Shown here: positions 18,942 to 27,395 of the stretch, piece by piece | Layout: each line of letters starts with the position of its first letter | Position numbering within the stretch: the first letter of the stretch is position 1 | Assembly (NCBI GenBank): GCA_942493095.1 | Contig: OW818675.1 | Span: 2,520,001 to 2,552,000 of the forward strand | DNA: 32,000 nucleotides | Direction of reading: 5' to 3' | Source of the DNA: Candidatus Electronema halotolerans | Lineage (GTDB): Bacteria; Desulfobacterota; Desulfobulbia; Desulfobulbales; Desulfobulbaceae | Program-made: the position numbers and the translations under genes | The notes under the pieces: generated by a model | Seen by the model: only the letters and a program-made list of their open reading frames with translations | Told to the model about the DNA's origin: nothing | Database searches by the model: none

Positions 18942-20819
18942 ATGTTGAATGTATTACGTAAACAGGCGCAATCGCCGCTGATTCAGGCCATAGTTATGGT
19001 CATTGTCATCGTTTTCGTCTTCTGGGGAGTGGGCACGCATCTGAGTGGCAGACGCAATGCGGTCGCCACAGTCAATGGCACGGAAATATCCTACCAAGAC
19101 TACATGCGCTCCTACGAGCAGGCGGTTGAAGGCCTGCGGCAGCAGTTCGGCGGCAAGCTGCCGCCTGGCTTTGTTGAGCAGCTCGGCATCAAGGATCAAG
19201 TCCTGTACCGAATGATTCAGACCGAGCTGCTCCAGCAGGGCGGCGAACAGGCAGGCATCAGGGTCAGCAATATGCCGGTGCAGAAAAGAATCAGCGAAAT
19301 GAAGGTGTTTCAAGAAAACGGCGCGTTCAATCTGCAACGCTATAAAGACATTCTCGCCCAGAACCGGATGACCCCGGCCTCGTTTGAAAAAGGGCTGCAA
19401 TCAGACTTGCGCACAGAACGGGTGCGGGAGGCGGTCAGCAGCTTTGCCCTGATCCCGGACAATGCCGCCCAACGCTGGCTGGCTTATGAGAACGAGGAGA
19501 TCAAGCTGGCTTATGTCAAGTTCGAGGCTGCTGATTTCACTGACAAGGTGCAGGTCGATGACAAGGAACTGGCTGCCTGGTTTGCAAAGAACAAGAGCAA
19601 GTATCTTTCCGAGCCAAAGGTGCGGCTCAAATATCTCCTCTTTCAGCAGAGCGATGACGAAAAGCAGGTGGAGCTGTCTGATGAGGAGCTGAAAGCCAAG
19701 TACGAGGAGGACAAGGATCGCTACCAACAGCCTGAGCAGCGTCATGCCCGGCATATCCTTTTCCGGGTTGAGCAGGGCGCGTCAGAAGCCGAACGGGTGG
19801 CTGCGAAAAAAAAGGCGGAGGAGGTGCTGGCCTTGGCTCAGGTCAAGGATGCTGATTTCGCCGCCTTGGCCAAACAGTATTCTGATGACACCACCAACAA
19901 GGATCAGGGCGGTGATCTTGGTTTTTTTGCCGCCGGACGGATGGTGCCCGCCTTTGATGCGGCGGTCTTTTCCATGCAGCCGGGCGAAGTCCGGGGGCCA
20001 GTGGAGACCGAGTTCGGTTTTCATCTTGTCAAGCTGGAGGAAATCCGCCCGGAGAGCGTGCGTGGCTTTGACGAGGTCAAGGACAGCATTGCTGCGGAGC
20101 TTAGGCGGCAGAAGGCCAAGAGCCTGACTTTTCAGCGGGCGGCTGCGGCTTATGAAGACATCATCCGGGCTGGCAGTTTGGACAAATATAGCCAGGAGGG
20201 CAAGGAGCAGGTGCGGCAGAGCGACTATTTCTCCCGCAAGGACGTGCCTGAAGGGCTGTCCAAGGATCCAAAATTCCTTGATGCTGCTTTCAAGCTGAAA
20301 AAAGGCGAGCTGTCCTCGGTGATTGAGCTGCGGAACGGCTATGCGGTTCTGTTTGCTGATGACCTGAAGGAGCCGGAGCTGCCGGAGCTGGCCGCAGTCC
20401 ATGACAAGGCGGCAGCGGATTTTGCCAAGGACAAGGCGGCGGAGCTGGCTGCCAAGGCTGCTGCTGATCTTTTGGCGGCGAGCCGGGAGAAAAAGGCCTT
20501 GCAGGCGGCTGAGGGCGCGGCAGTGACAGAAACAGCATTTCTCAAGCGTTCCGCCTCAGCAGGCGAGAATGTGCCGCCGCCGGTGCTTGAGGATGCCTTC
20601 AAGCTGGCGTGGAAAAATGATCTGCCTGCCCAGCCGGTGCAGGCGGACAATGCCTGGTTTGTCTATGAGGTCAAGGAGCGGCTGCCCGGCAGCGGCGAGG
20701 CGGATGAACAGATGAGCCGGCAGCTTTTGGCTGCTGCCCAGCGCGACCTGCTCACAGCCTGGCTGGGCAGCCTGCAGGCCAAGGCCAAGATTCAGATCAA
20801 CCAGACCCTGCTCAAGTAG
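18942..20819 (+). CDS. SurA N-terminal/PpiD-type peptidyl-prolyl isomerase, membrane-anchored
   Basis: MLNVLRKQAQSPLIQAIVMVIVIVFVFWGVG, parvulin domain ARHILFRVEQGASEAERVAAKKKAEEVL...DQGGDLGFFAAGRMVPAFDAAVFSMQPGEVRGPVETEFGFHLVKLEE. Confidence 0.93.
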   Translation: MLNVLRKQAQSPLIQAIVMVIVIVFVFWGVGTHLSGRRNAVATVNGTEISYQDYMRSYEQAVEGLRQQFGGKLPPGFVEQLGIKDQVLYRMIQTELLQQGGEQAGIRVSNMPVQKRISEMKVFQENGAFNLQRYKDILAQNRMTPASFEKGLQSDLRTERVREAVSSFALIPDNAAQRWLAYENEEIKLAYVKFEAADFTDKVQVDDKELAAWFAKNKSKYLSEPKVRLKYLLFQQSDDEKQVELSDEELKAKYEEDKDRYQQPEQRHARHILFRVEQGASEAERVAAKKKAEEVLALAQVKDADFAALAKQYSDDTTNKDQGGDLGFFAAGRMVPAFDAAVFSMQPGEVRGPVETEFGFHLVKLEEIRPESVRGFDEVKDSIAAELRRQKAKSLTFQRAAAAYEDIIRAGSLDKYSQEGKEQVRQSDYFSRKDVPEGLSKDPKFLDAAFKLKKGELSSVIELRNGYAVLFADDLKEPELPELAAVHDKAAADFAKDKAAELAAKAAADLLAASREKKALQAAEGAAVTETAFLKRSASAGENVPPPVLEDAFKLAWKNDLPAQPVQADNAWFVYEVKERLPGSGEADEQMSRQLLAAAQRDLLTAWLGSLQAKAKIQINQTLLK

Positions 20820-20846
20820 CCGTCCCACCCCTGACAATCTGGCCGG

Positions 20847-20884
20847 ACAGGCGGGGAGGAGAGGCCCCGCCTGTTGCTTTTTTT
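20847..20884 (+). terminator. Intrinsic terminator between the PpiD-like and SNF2 genes
   Basis: ACAGGCGGGG-AGGAGAGG-CCCCGCCTGT perfect 10-bp stem followed by TGCTTTTTTT. Confidence 0.88.
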
Positions 20885-20914
20885 CAATTTCAATCTTTGC
20901 CTGTGCAAAAAGAA

Positions 20915-23900
20915 ATGTCCCAGTCAAAGCAAAAAAACAGTCAGATGACCTTGGTCCGCAGCCTGCCGCCCTTGGAGCAGTTTCTGCTCACTTTCATCTC
21001 CATAGTCTATGAGCCGGTCTCGACCGCCTTTCTCAGCGCCTGTCTGACCGGTGCCGAGCTGCCCGGTCTGCCGCAGAAAATAGGCGGCGACGGGCTGGAG
21101 ACTGCGGTCAGCAGGCTGCGGGAAATCGGTTTGCTCAACGAGTTCAACCAGTGTCCGCCAGACCTTGCTGAACAGCTCACCCGGCAGGCGGCGGCAGAAG
21201 GCCGTTTTACCGAGATAGCGGCCCTGATTGAGCAGAAGGCCCCGGTCTCCTACATGTACGGCAAGTGGTCAACCCGCTGCCGCCGCGCCCTGCGCGAGTT
21301 CCGCATCGGCCTGCACAGCAGCGACTTTGACAAGATTGACGAGGCTGCCGTCTTTCTCAAGGAGCACTGCCGGGAGCGGGAAGGCGCAGACCCGCCTGCG
21401 GTGCAGATTGTGGCCGAGCATTTTGACGCGGACTGGTTCCGGGGCCTGCCCGGCTCGCTCCAGTTTTATCTGCTCAATGAAATATTCCGAAACTGCGGCG
21501 AGCAGGCCGTGGATTATCCCCAGGTTGCCGCCTTTCTGGAGGACGAGGAGAACATGACTCTGTCCGAGGATGAGCGGGTGCCTTTTCGGCGCATGCTGGC
21601 CGGCTACTATCTGCTCCGGGACAACGGCAAGCTGAACCAGCTCTTGGCCGCCCATCCTGATTCCTTCCCCGGCTCCGGCTTTGCCGGCAGCGCAGTCTTT
21701 CTCCAAGGCAAGATCGATGAGGCCTTGCAGCTGTTTGACCAGGACTTGGTCCTGCTCAACAAGTACGCTGGCCCGGAAGGCAGTTTCTTCTTCAACAGCA
21801 ACGGCCTGTTCTGCATCATGGCCCTGCTGGCCCGCCGCCAGCCGGACGACATTGCCGCCGCCCGCCGGGCTGCCGCCTTGGTTCTCAGCCGCTGTCAAGG
21901 CAGCCCGGAGGAGCTGTCCTTCCGTTTTCTGGAAGTGTATGCAGTGGCAGCGGACGGGGTTGTGCCGGATCTGCGCATTCTCACTGAAAGTTTTGAACAG
22001 GAGGAGCGCAGCCTCAACACCCTGACCGCCGCTTTGGCCCTGCACTGGCTGGGCGTGCGGCTGCCGGAAAAACTCCAGGCAGGATTGGAGAATCTTTGCA
22101 AAAAAGCCAAAAAGAACGGCTATTTTTGGCTGGCAATGGAGGCGGCCCAGCTGCTTGCCTCTGGCGACTCCAGCCGCAAGGACATGGTCAATGCCGCCAA
22201 GACCTTGGCCAAGAAGAGCGGCTGCCGCAGCCTTGTCCAGCTCATCGCCCCGGATGACGAGTCATGGGAGCAGAGCTTGGAGGAGCTGATCAGCATCACA
22301 GGCCGGGCGCGGCAGCCGGAAAAGAGAAGCCGTCTGGCTTGGACCGTGGAGTTTGCTGACGGCAGGATGACCCTGGCGGCCAAGGAGCAGAAAAAAAAGG
22401 CGGGCGGCAAATGGACCAAGGGCAAGGGCATTGGCCTCAACCGGCTGATGCCGCCGTCCAATGTTGATTTTCTCAGTCCGCAGGATCTGAAGATTTGCGC
22501 CGCCCTGCGTCAAGTCGGCGATCCCAGCTCCCGCAATGGCGGCTGCGACTTTGACATGAACGAGGCCCTGCCCGCCTTGGTTGGCCATCCTTTGGTCTTT
22601 CTGGAAAAAACCAATGTGCCGGTCGAGATTGTCGCGGGCGAGCCGGAGCTGATGGTCGAGTCGCAAGACGACCACCTCTTCATCCACTTTTTGCAGGAGA
22701 TCGGCGAAGGCCGGGTGACGGTCTGGCAGGAGACCCCGACCCGCTTCCGCATTATGGAAATCAACGAGGAGCACCGACGGGTGGCCGGCATCATCGGGCC
22801 GGGTGGCAAACGCTATCCAGAGGCGGCTGGCAGCCAAGTCTTGAGCGCCATCGGCAACATGGCCTCGTTCATGACCGTGCATTCCTCCATTGACGTGGGC
22901 AGCGCGGATCAGAATGTCAAAACCGTTGAGGCGGACCCGACCATTCACATTCATATTATTCCTTATGGCAGCGGCTTCCGGCTGGAGATGTTTGTCCAGC
23001 CCTTTTCCCGCAAAGGGCCGTATCTCAAGCCAGGCGCAGGTGTGGCCAATCTGATGGCTGAGGTCGGCGGGCGGCGGATGCAGACCCGGCGCAATCTTCG
23101 TCTGGAAGAGGAGAAGGCCCGCGAGATTGAGGAGAGCTGCCCAATTCTCGACCTTGCCACAGACTTGGCCCAGGAAAACGACCGCGAGTGGCATCTGCTC
23201 GACCCGGAAGAATGTCTGCAAGCCCTGCTGGAGCTGGAGGAAATCCGCGACCGGGCCGTGCTCGAATGGCCGGAGGGCGAAAAGCTGGCCGTGCGCAAAC
23301 AGGCAGGGATTGGCCAGCTCAATCTCAACATCCGCACCAGCCAGCAGGACTGGTTCGCCCTGTCCGGCCATTTGCAGATCGATCAGGATGAGATCATTGA
23401 CCTGAAAACTCTGCTGGACAAGGTGCGTGAGGCCCACAGCCGCTTCATTCCGCTTGGCAAGGGCCAGTTTCTTGCCCTGACTCAGGAATTCCGCAACCGC
23501 TTGGAGGAGCTGATCCGCTTCAGCGAAATCGGCGGCAAGAACACAGGCGACGCGAAAGAGGTGCGCATTCATCCGTTGGCTGCCTTGGCTTTGGATGATT
23601 TGACCAAGCAGGCTCAGACCCAGGCGGACGAGGGCTGGCGCAAACAGGTGGCCCGGATTGAGTTTGTTCAAGATTTTGTCCCGGAAGTGCCGTCAACATT
23701 GCAGGCCGAGCTGCGCGACTATCAGGTGGAGGGCTTTGTCTGGATGCTGCGCCTAGCCCATCTGGGCGTGGGCGGCTGCTTGGCTGATGACATGGGCCTT
23801 GGCAAAACCCTCCAGTCCTTAGGCGTGATTCTTAACCGGACCGAGGACGGCCCGACCTTGGTGGTTGCGCCGACCTCGGTCTGCATGAACTGGGAGCAGG

Positions 23901-25081
23901 AGGCGGCCCGCTTCGCTCCCACCCTGATCATCCGCAGCCTCAACAATGCCGAGGAGCGGAAAGCCACGATTGAGAACTTGGGCAGGCGGGATATTCTCAT
24001 CACCAGCTACACGCTGCTTCAGCAGGAAATTGACCTGCTTGACCAAGTCGATTGGCAGACCGTGGTCTTGGACGAGGCCCAGTCCATCAAGAATGCGGCC
24101 ACCAAACGCTCCAAGGCGGCCATGCGCCTGAAGGCCAAGTTCCGACTGATCACGACAGGCACACCAATAGAGAATCATCTCGGCGAGCTGTGGAATCTGT
24201 TCAACTTCATCAATCCCGGCCTGCTCGGCACCTACAAGCAGTTCAACAGCCGTTTCGGCATTCCGATTGAAAAGCACGGCGACCGCACTGCCCGGCGGCA
24301 GCTTAAAAAGCTGGTCCGGCCTTTCATGCTCCGCCGGATCAAGTCGCAGGTCTTGGAGGAGCTGCCGCCGCGCACAGAGATCACTCTGCGGGTGGAGATG
24401 AAGCGTTCGGAAATGCTCTTTTACGAGGCCGTGCGGCGGCAGGCTTTGGAGAACATCGAGGGCAGCGACCCCAAGAGCGGGCGGCATCTACAAATCTTGG
24501 CTGAGATCATGCGCCTGCGCCGGGCCTGCTGCAATCCCAAGCTGATTGACGAAAAGAGCAAGATTCCCTCAAGCAAGCTGGAGGTCTTTGGCGAGGTGAT
24601 TGAGGAGCTGCTGGAGTCGCGGCACAAGGCTTTGATCTTCAGTCAGTTCACCGGCCATTTAGCTTTGATCCGAGAGCACTTGGATGAAAAAGGCATCAGC
24701 TACAAGTATTTGGACGGCACCACTCCGGCCAGGGAGCGCATCCGGCAGGTCGATGAATTTCAGGCTGGTGAGGGCGACCTCTTCCTGATCAGCCTCAAGG
24801 CAGGCGGCTTGGGTCTGAACCTGACTGCGGCAGACTATGTCATCCACATGGATCCGTGGTGGAATCCAGCGGTTGAGGATCAGGCCGCTGACCGTGCCCA
24901 CCGCATTGGCCAGAAACGGCCTGTGACCGTCTATCGTTTGGTCACGGCCAACACGATTGAGGAGAAGATCGTCCGCCTGCATCAGGAAAAGCGCAATCTT
25001 GCCAATTCCTTGCTCGAAGGCACAGATGCGGGCGCACGGATGAGCGCGGACGAGCTGCTTGATCTGATCAGGGGAAGCTGA
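20915..25081 (+). CDS. SNF2-family DEAD/DEAH-like helicase with a very long N-terminal extension
   Basis: About 930 N-terminal residues without helicase motifs, then LRDYQVEGFVWMLRLAHLGVGGCLADDMGLGKTLQSL, VVLDEAQSIKN, LITTGTPIENHLGELWNLFNFINPG, IFSQFT, LISLKAGGLGLNLTAADYVIHMDPWWNPAVEDQAADRAHRIGQ. Confidence 0.95.
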   Translation: MSQSKQKNSQMTLVRSLPPLEQFLLTFISIVYEPVSTAFLSACLTGAELPGLPQKIGGDGLETAVSRLREIGLLNEFNQCPPDLAEQLTRQAAAEGRFTEIAALIEQKAPVSYMYGKWSTRCRRALREFRIGLHSSDFDKIDEAAVFLKEHCREREGADPPAVQIVAEHFDADWFRGLPGSLQFYLLNEIFRNCGEQAVDYPQVAAFLEDEENMTLSEDERVPFRRMLAGYYLLRDNGKLNQLLAAHPDSFPGSGFAGSAVFLQGKIDEALQLFDQDLVLLNKYAGPEGSFFFNSNGLFCIMALLARRQPDDIAAARRAAALVLSRCQGSPEELSFRFLEVYAVAADGVVPDLRILTESFEQEERSLNTLTAALALHWLGVRLPEKLQAGLENLCKKAKKNGYFWLAMEAAQLLASGDSSRKDMVNAAKTLAKKSGCRSLVQLIAPDDESWEQSLEELISITGRARQPEKRSRLAWTVEFADGRMTLAAKEQKKKAGGKWTKGKGIGLNRLMPPSNVDFLSPQDLKICAALRQVGDPSSRNGGCDFDMNEALPALVGHPLVFLEKTNVPVEIVAGEPELMVESQDDHLFIHFLQEIGEGRVTVWQETPTRFRIMEINEEHRRVAGIIGPGGKRYPEAAGSQVLSAIGNMASFMTVHSSIDVGSADQNVKTVEADPTIHIHIIPYGSGFRLEMFVQPFSRKGPYLKPGAGVANLMAEVGGRRMQTRRNLRLEEEKAREIEESCPILDLATDLAQENDREWHLLDPEECLQALLELEEIRDRAVLEWPEGEKLAVRKQAGIGQLNLNIRTSQQDWFALSGHLQIDQDEIIDLKTLLDKVREAHSRFIPLGKGQFLALTQEFRNRLEELIRFSEIGGKNTGDAKEVRIHPLAALALDDLTKQAQTQADEGWRKQVARIEFVQDFVPEVPSTLQAELRDYQVEGFVWMLRLAHLGVGGCLADDMGLGKTLQSLGVILNRTEDGPTLVVAPTSVCMNWEQEAARFAPTLIIRSLNNAEERKATIENLGRRDILITSYTLLQQEIDLLDQVDWQTVVLDEAQSIKNAATKRSKAAMRLKAKFRLITTGTPIENHLGELWNLFNFINPGLLGTYKQFNSRFGIPIEKHGDRTARRQLKKLVRPFMLRRIKSQVLEELPPRTEITLRVEMKRSEMLFYEAVRRQALENIEGSDPKSGRHLQILAEIMRLRRACCNPKLIDEKSKIPSSKLEVFGEVIEELLESRHKALIFSQFTGHLALIREHLDEKGISYKYLDGTTPARERIRQVDEFQAGEGDLFLISLKAGGLGLNLTAADYVIHMDPWWNPAVEDQAADRAHRIGQKRPVTVYRLVTANTIEEKIVRLHQEKRNLANSLLEGTDAGARMSADELLDLIRGS

Positions 25082-25084
25082 CGG

Positions 25085-25612
25085 ATGCAGCCGGAGCGAA
25101 TTTTCCAGCGGCCTGCGCCGGTCGAGCGGCCAGATGCTGCGGCCCCGCGCTTCCTCCGCATTGGCAAGGCCAGCGTTGGTCTGCTTGGTCTGGACATTGC
25201 CCTCAATGCCGCGTTCCGTCAGCAGCTTCCAGAGCAGGAGGCTGCGGAGCTGCTCTTTGCCCGGATCAAGGAGCAGAACTATATTCCGCCTAGCTGCGAG
25301 GAGCAGTACCGCGAGGCCTTGCTGGCCGCCTATCGCAAGCATTGCGGCCTGAGCGAGGGTGACGAAGAAGGCTTGGTGATTCGCATTTTTGGCAAGGACT
25401 GCGTGAGCTGCAACGGCCTGCAAGCCATGCTCATCGACCTGCTGGACCGGCTCGGCTTGGCTGCGGACGTGGAGCTGATTCACGACCCGGACGAGATTGG
25501 CCGGGCCGGTCTGACCCGCACTCCGGCCCTGATGATCAACAGCAGAGTCAAAAGTGCCGGAATCGTTCCGTCTCCGGCGCAGGTGGAGCAGTGGCTTTTG
25601 GAGGAAGGGTGA
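25085..25612 (+). CDS. Two-part protein: uncharacterised N-terminal domain plus CxxC thioredoxin-like domain
   Basis: GLVIRIFGKDCVSCNGLQAMLIDLLDRLGLAADVELIHDPDEIGRAGLTRTPALMINSRVKSAGIVPSPAQVEQWLLEEG; start 3 nt after the SNF2 stop. Confidence 0.75.
   Translation: MQPERIFQRPAPVERPDAAAPRFLRIGKASVGLLGLDIALNAAFRQQLPEQEAAELLFARIKEQNYIPPSCEEQYREALLAAYRKHCGLSEGDEEGLVIRIFGKDCVSCNGLQAMLIDLLDRLGLAADVELIHDPDEIGRAGLTRTPALMINSRVKSAGIVPSPAQVEQWLLEEG
25513..25533 (+). repeat. Left copy of exact 21-nt direct repeat GACCCGCACTCCGGCCCTGAT
   Basis: Identical to 27358-27378; lies in the coding sequence for TRTPALM of the thioredoxin-like gene. Confidence 0.97.
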
Positions 25613-25626
25613 AGGGTGAATATGAA

Positions 25627-26676
25627 ATGACCCCAGTCAGATACATTGATCTTTTTGCCGGGGTCGGCGGCTTCCGCTACGCTGTGCAGACGGCGGCGGA
25701 AGAAGCGGGCCTTGCAGCCGAATGCGTTTTCAGCAGCGAGATTGACAAGGAATGCCAGCGGGTTTACCAAGAGAATTTTGCTGAGATGTCGCATGGCGAC
25801 ATAACTGCAATTCCGGCAGCATCGATTCCTGAACATGACCTGCTGTTAGCAGGATTTCCCTGCCAGCCATTCAGCATCATCGGCCAGCGAAAGGGATTTC
25901 AAGATGCCAGAGGCACGCTTTTCTTTGAGATCGCAAGAATATTGGAGGCAAAGAAGCCAGCTGCCTTTGTTCTGGAAAATGTCAAGCTGCTGGCCGGACA
26001 CAACAATGGAGAGACCTTAAAGATAATTCTGGATATTTTGCAGGAATTAGGGTATCACAGCGGCTATAAAATTCTAAATGCCTTGAATTTTGGCCTGCCG
26101 CAGAAACGAGAGCGGATTTTTATTGTCGGTTTCCGCGATTCCTGTTCATTTAACTGGCCTGTTGAGAAAATCCCAATGCAGCCACTCAAGGAAATTTTGG
26201 AGAAAAATGTTGCAGCAAGTTATTTTGCCTCTGATCATATCAGGAAAAAGCGACTGAGCCAAAAGCAGCCTTCAATAGAGCCGACCATCTGGCATGAGAA
26301 CAAATCCGGCAACATAAGCGCATATCCATTTTCCTGCGCCTTGCGGGCCGGAGCTTCATATAATTATTTATTAGTCAACGGAGAACGGCGGCTGACAGCG
26401 AGAGAAATGTTTCGTCTGCAAGGATTTCCAGAGGAATTCAAAATTATTTCCAGTTATGCGCAGGCACGAAAGCAGGCAGGAAACAGCTTACCTGTGCCTG
26501 TTGCCAAGGCAGTGATCAGGAATGTGCTTGAGGCTTGCGGGTGGATTACTGAACATGCAAACAGAACTGCTGTCCGCCAGCTTAATTTATTTGCAAGAAG
26601 AAATTACGATGAAATCGCCAAGACTGCGGACGGTGGAAAAATATCACCCGCCCTATCCGCTCAACAAATTTCCTGA
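25627..26676 (+). CDS. DNA (cytosine-5) methyltransferase
   Basis: YIDLFAGVGGFRYA (I), LLLAGFPCQPFSIIGQRKG (IV), FVLENVKLL (VI), ILNALNFGLPQKRERIFIVGF (VIII), RRLTAREMFRLQGFPEEF (IX), GNSLPVPVAKAVIRNV (X). Confidence 0.97.
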   Translation: MTPVRYIDLFAGVGGFRYAVQTAAEEAGLAAECVFSSEIDKECQRVYQENFAEMSHGDITAIPAASIPEHDLLLAGFPCQPFSIIGQRKGFQDARGTLFFEIARILEAKKPAAFVLENVKLLAGHNNGETLKIILDILQELGYHSGYKILNALNFGLPQKRERIFIVGFRDSCSFNWPVEKIPMQPLKEILEKNVAASYFASDHIRKKRLSQKQPSIEPTIWHENKSGNISAYPFSCALRAGASYNYLLVNGERRLTAREMFRLQGFPEEFKIISSYAQARKQAGNSLPVPVAKAVIRNVLEACGWITEHANRTAVRQLNLFARRNYDEIAKTADGGKISPALSAQQIS

Positions 26677-27343
26677 AAAATTTGCCGTCAATTTAGGTCG
26701 GGAGGTGGTGTATCTGCTTGCCAGCAGAGGAAAAGCCGCTCGCTTGGAAGGACAGGACTGGGAGGAAATTTTTGCCCGGCTGATTGGTGCGGAATGGAAG
26801 CCTTCCAATGTCGGCCTTGACGATATTGTCTTGGAGCAAACCGCTTGGGGAGCCAAAACTATTAAAAATTCCAAGCCTTCCACAGTTGCAAAAGTTCGTT
26901 TGATATCTGGCCGCAATTCTCCTGTTTACTCATTCGGCGATAAAGAAATCAGTGCCTGCGAGCCAAATGAACTGGGCGAAAAAATTCTTGCCATCTGGAA
27001 TGAACGAGTGGCGGGGATTCGCAAGATGTATCGACATGTCCGCACAGTGGTGCTGATCAAGTCCAACGATCTGCTTGAACTTGCTGCCTTTGAGTTTGAC
27101 ACGGTCATGTATCCTGCTGATCAGTATTGGTGGCAATGGAATGAACGCAACAATCTTGAAGGGTATGCCAAGGCTGATAATCAGCATATTTTCACGTGGC
27201 AGCCGCATGGCTCTCAGTTCACCATTATTGAAAATGTCCCTGAAGAACGGCTGGCGGTCAAAATAAAAGCACCGCTGCTGCTTGACCGCGATGAAGTGTT
27301 GCAGTCGATCAAATTTGATCCATCTTGGATAACCATCTTATAG
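26609..27343 (+). CDS. Putative type II restriction endonuclease paired with the C5 methyltransferase
   Basis: Overlaps the MTase end by 68 nt; DDIVLEQTAWGAKTIK...KVRLISGRNSPVYSFG is compatible with a PD-(D/E)xK-like active region; no other product suggested. Confidence 0.7.
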   Translation: MKSPRLRTVEKYHPPYPLNKFPEKFAVNLGREVVYLLASRGKAARLEGQDWEEIFARLIGAEWKPSNVGLDDIVLEQTAWGAKTIKNSKPSTVAKVRLISGRNSPVYSFGDKEISACEPNELGEKILAIWNERVAGIRKMYRHVRTVVLIKSNDLLELAAFEFDTVMYPADQYWWQWNERNNLEGYAKADNQHIFTWQPHGSQFTIIENVPEERLAVKIKAPLLLDRDEVLQSIKFDPSWITIL

Positions 27344-27357
27344 CGGTGGCATGTCAC

Positions 27358-27378
27358 GACCCGCACTCCGGCCCTGAT
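27358..27378 (+). repeat. Right copy of exact 21-nt direct repeat GACCCGCACTCCGGCCCTGAT
   Basis: Identical to 25513-25533; non-coding remnant between the endonuclease stop and the next gene. Confidence 0.97.
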
Positions 27379-27395
27379 ATCCTATTCAGATCGTC

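Noticed and set aside
22262-23671. 469-aa minus-strand ORF inside the SNF2 gene
   Set aside because: Codon-bias shadow ORF; no recognisable motifs and no independent start context.
20915-27343. DISARM defence system
   Set aside because: A SNF2 helicase and a C5 methyltransferase are present, but no DrmA, DrmB or DrmC-like genes are seen in the neighbourhood.
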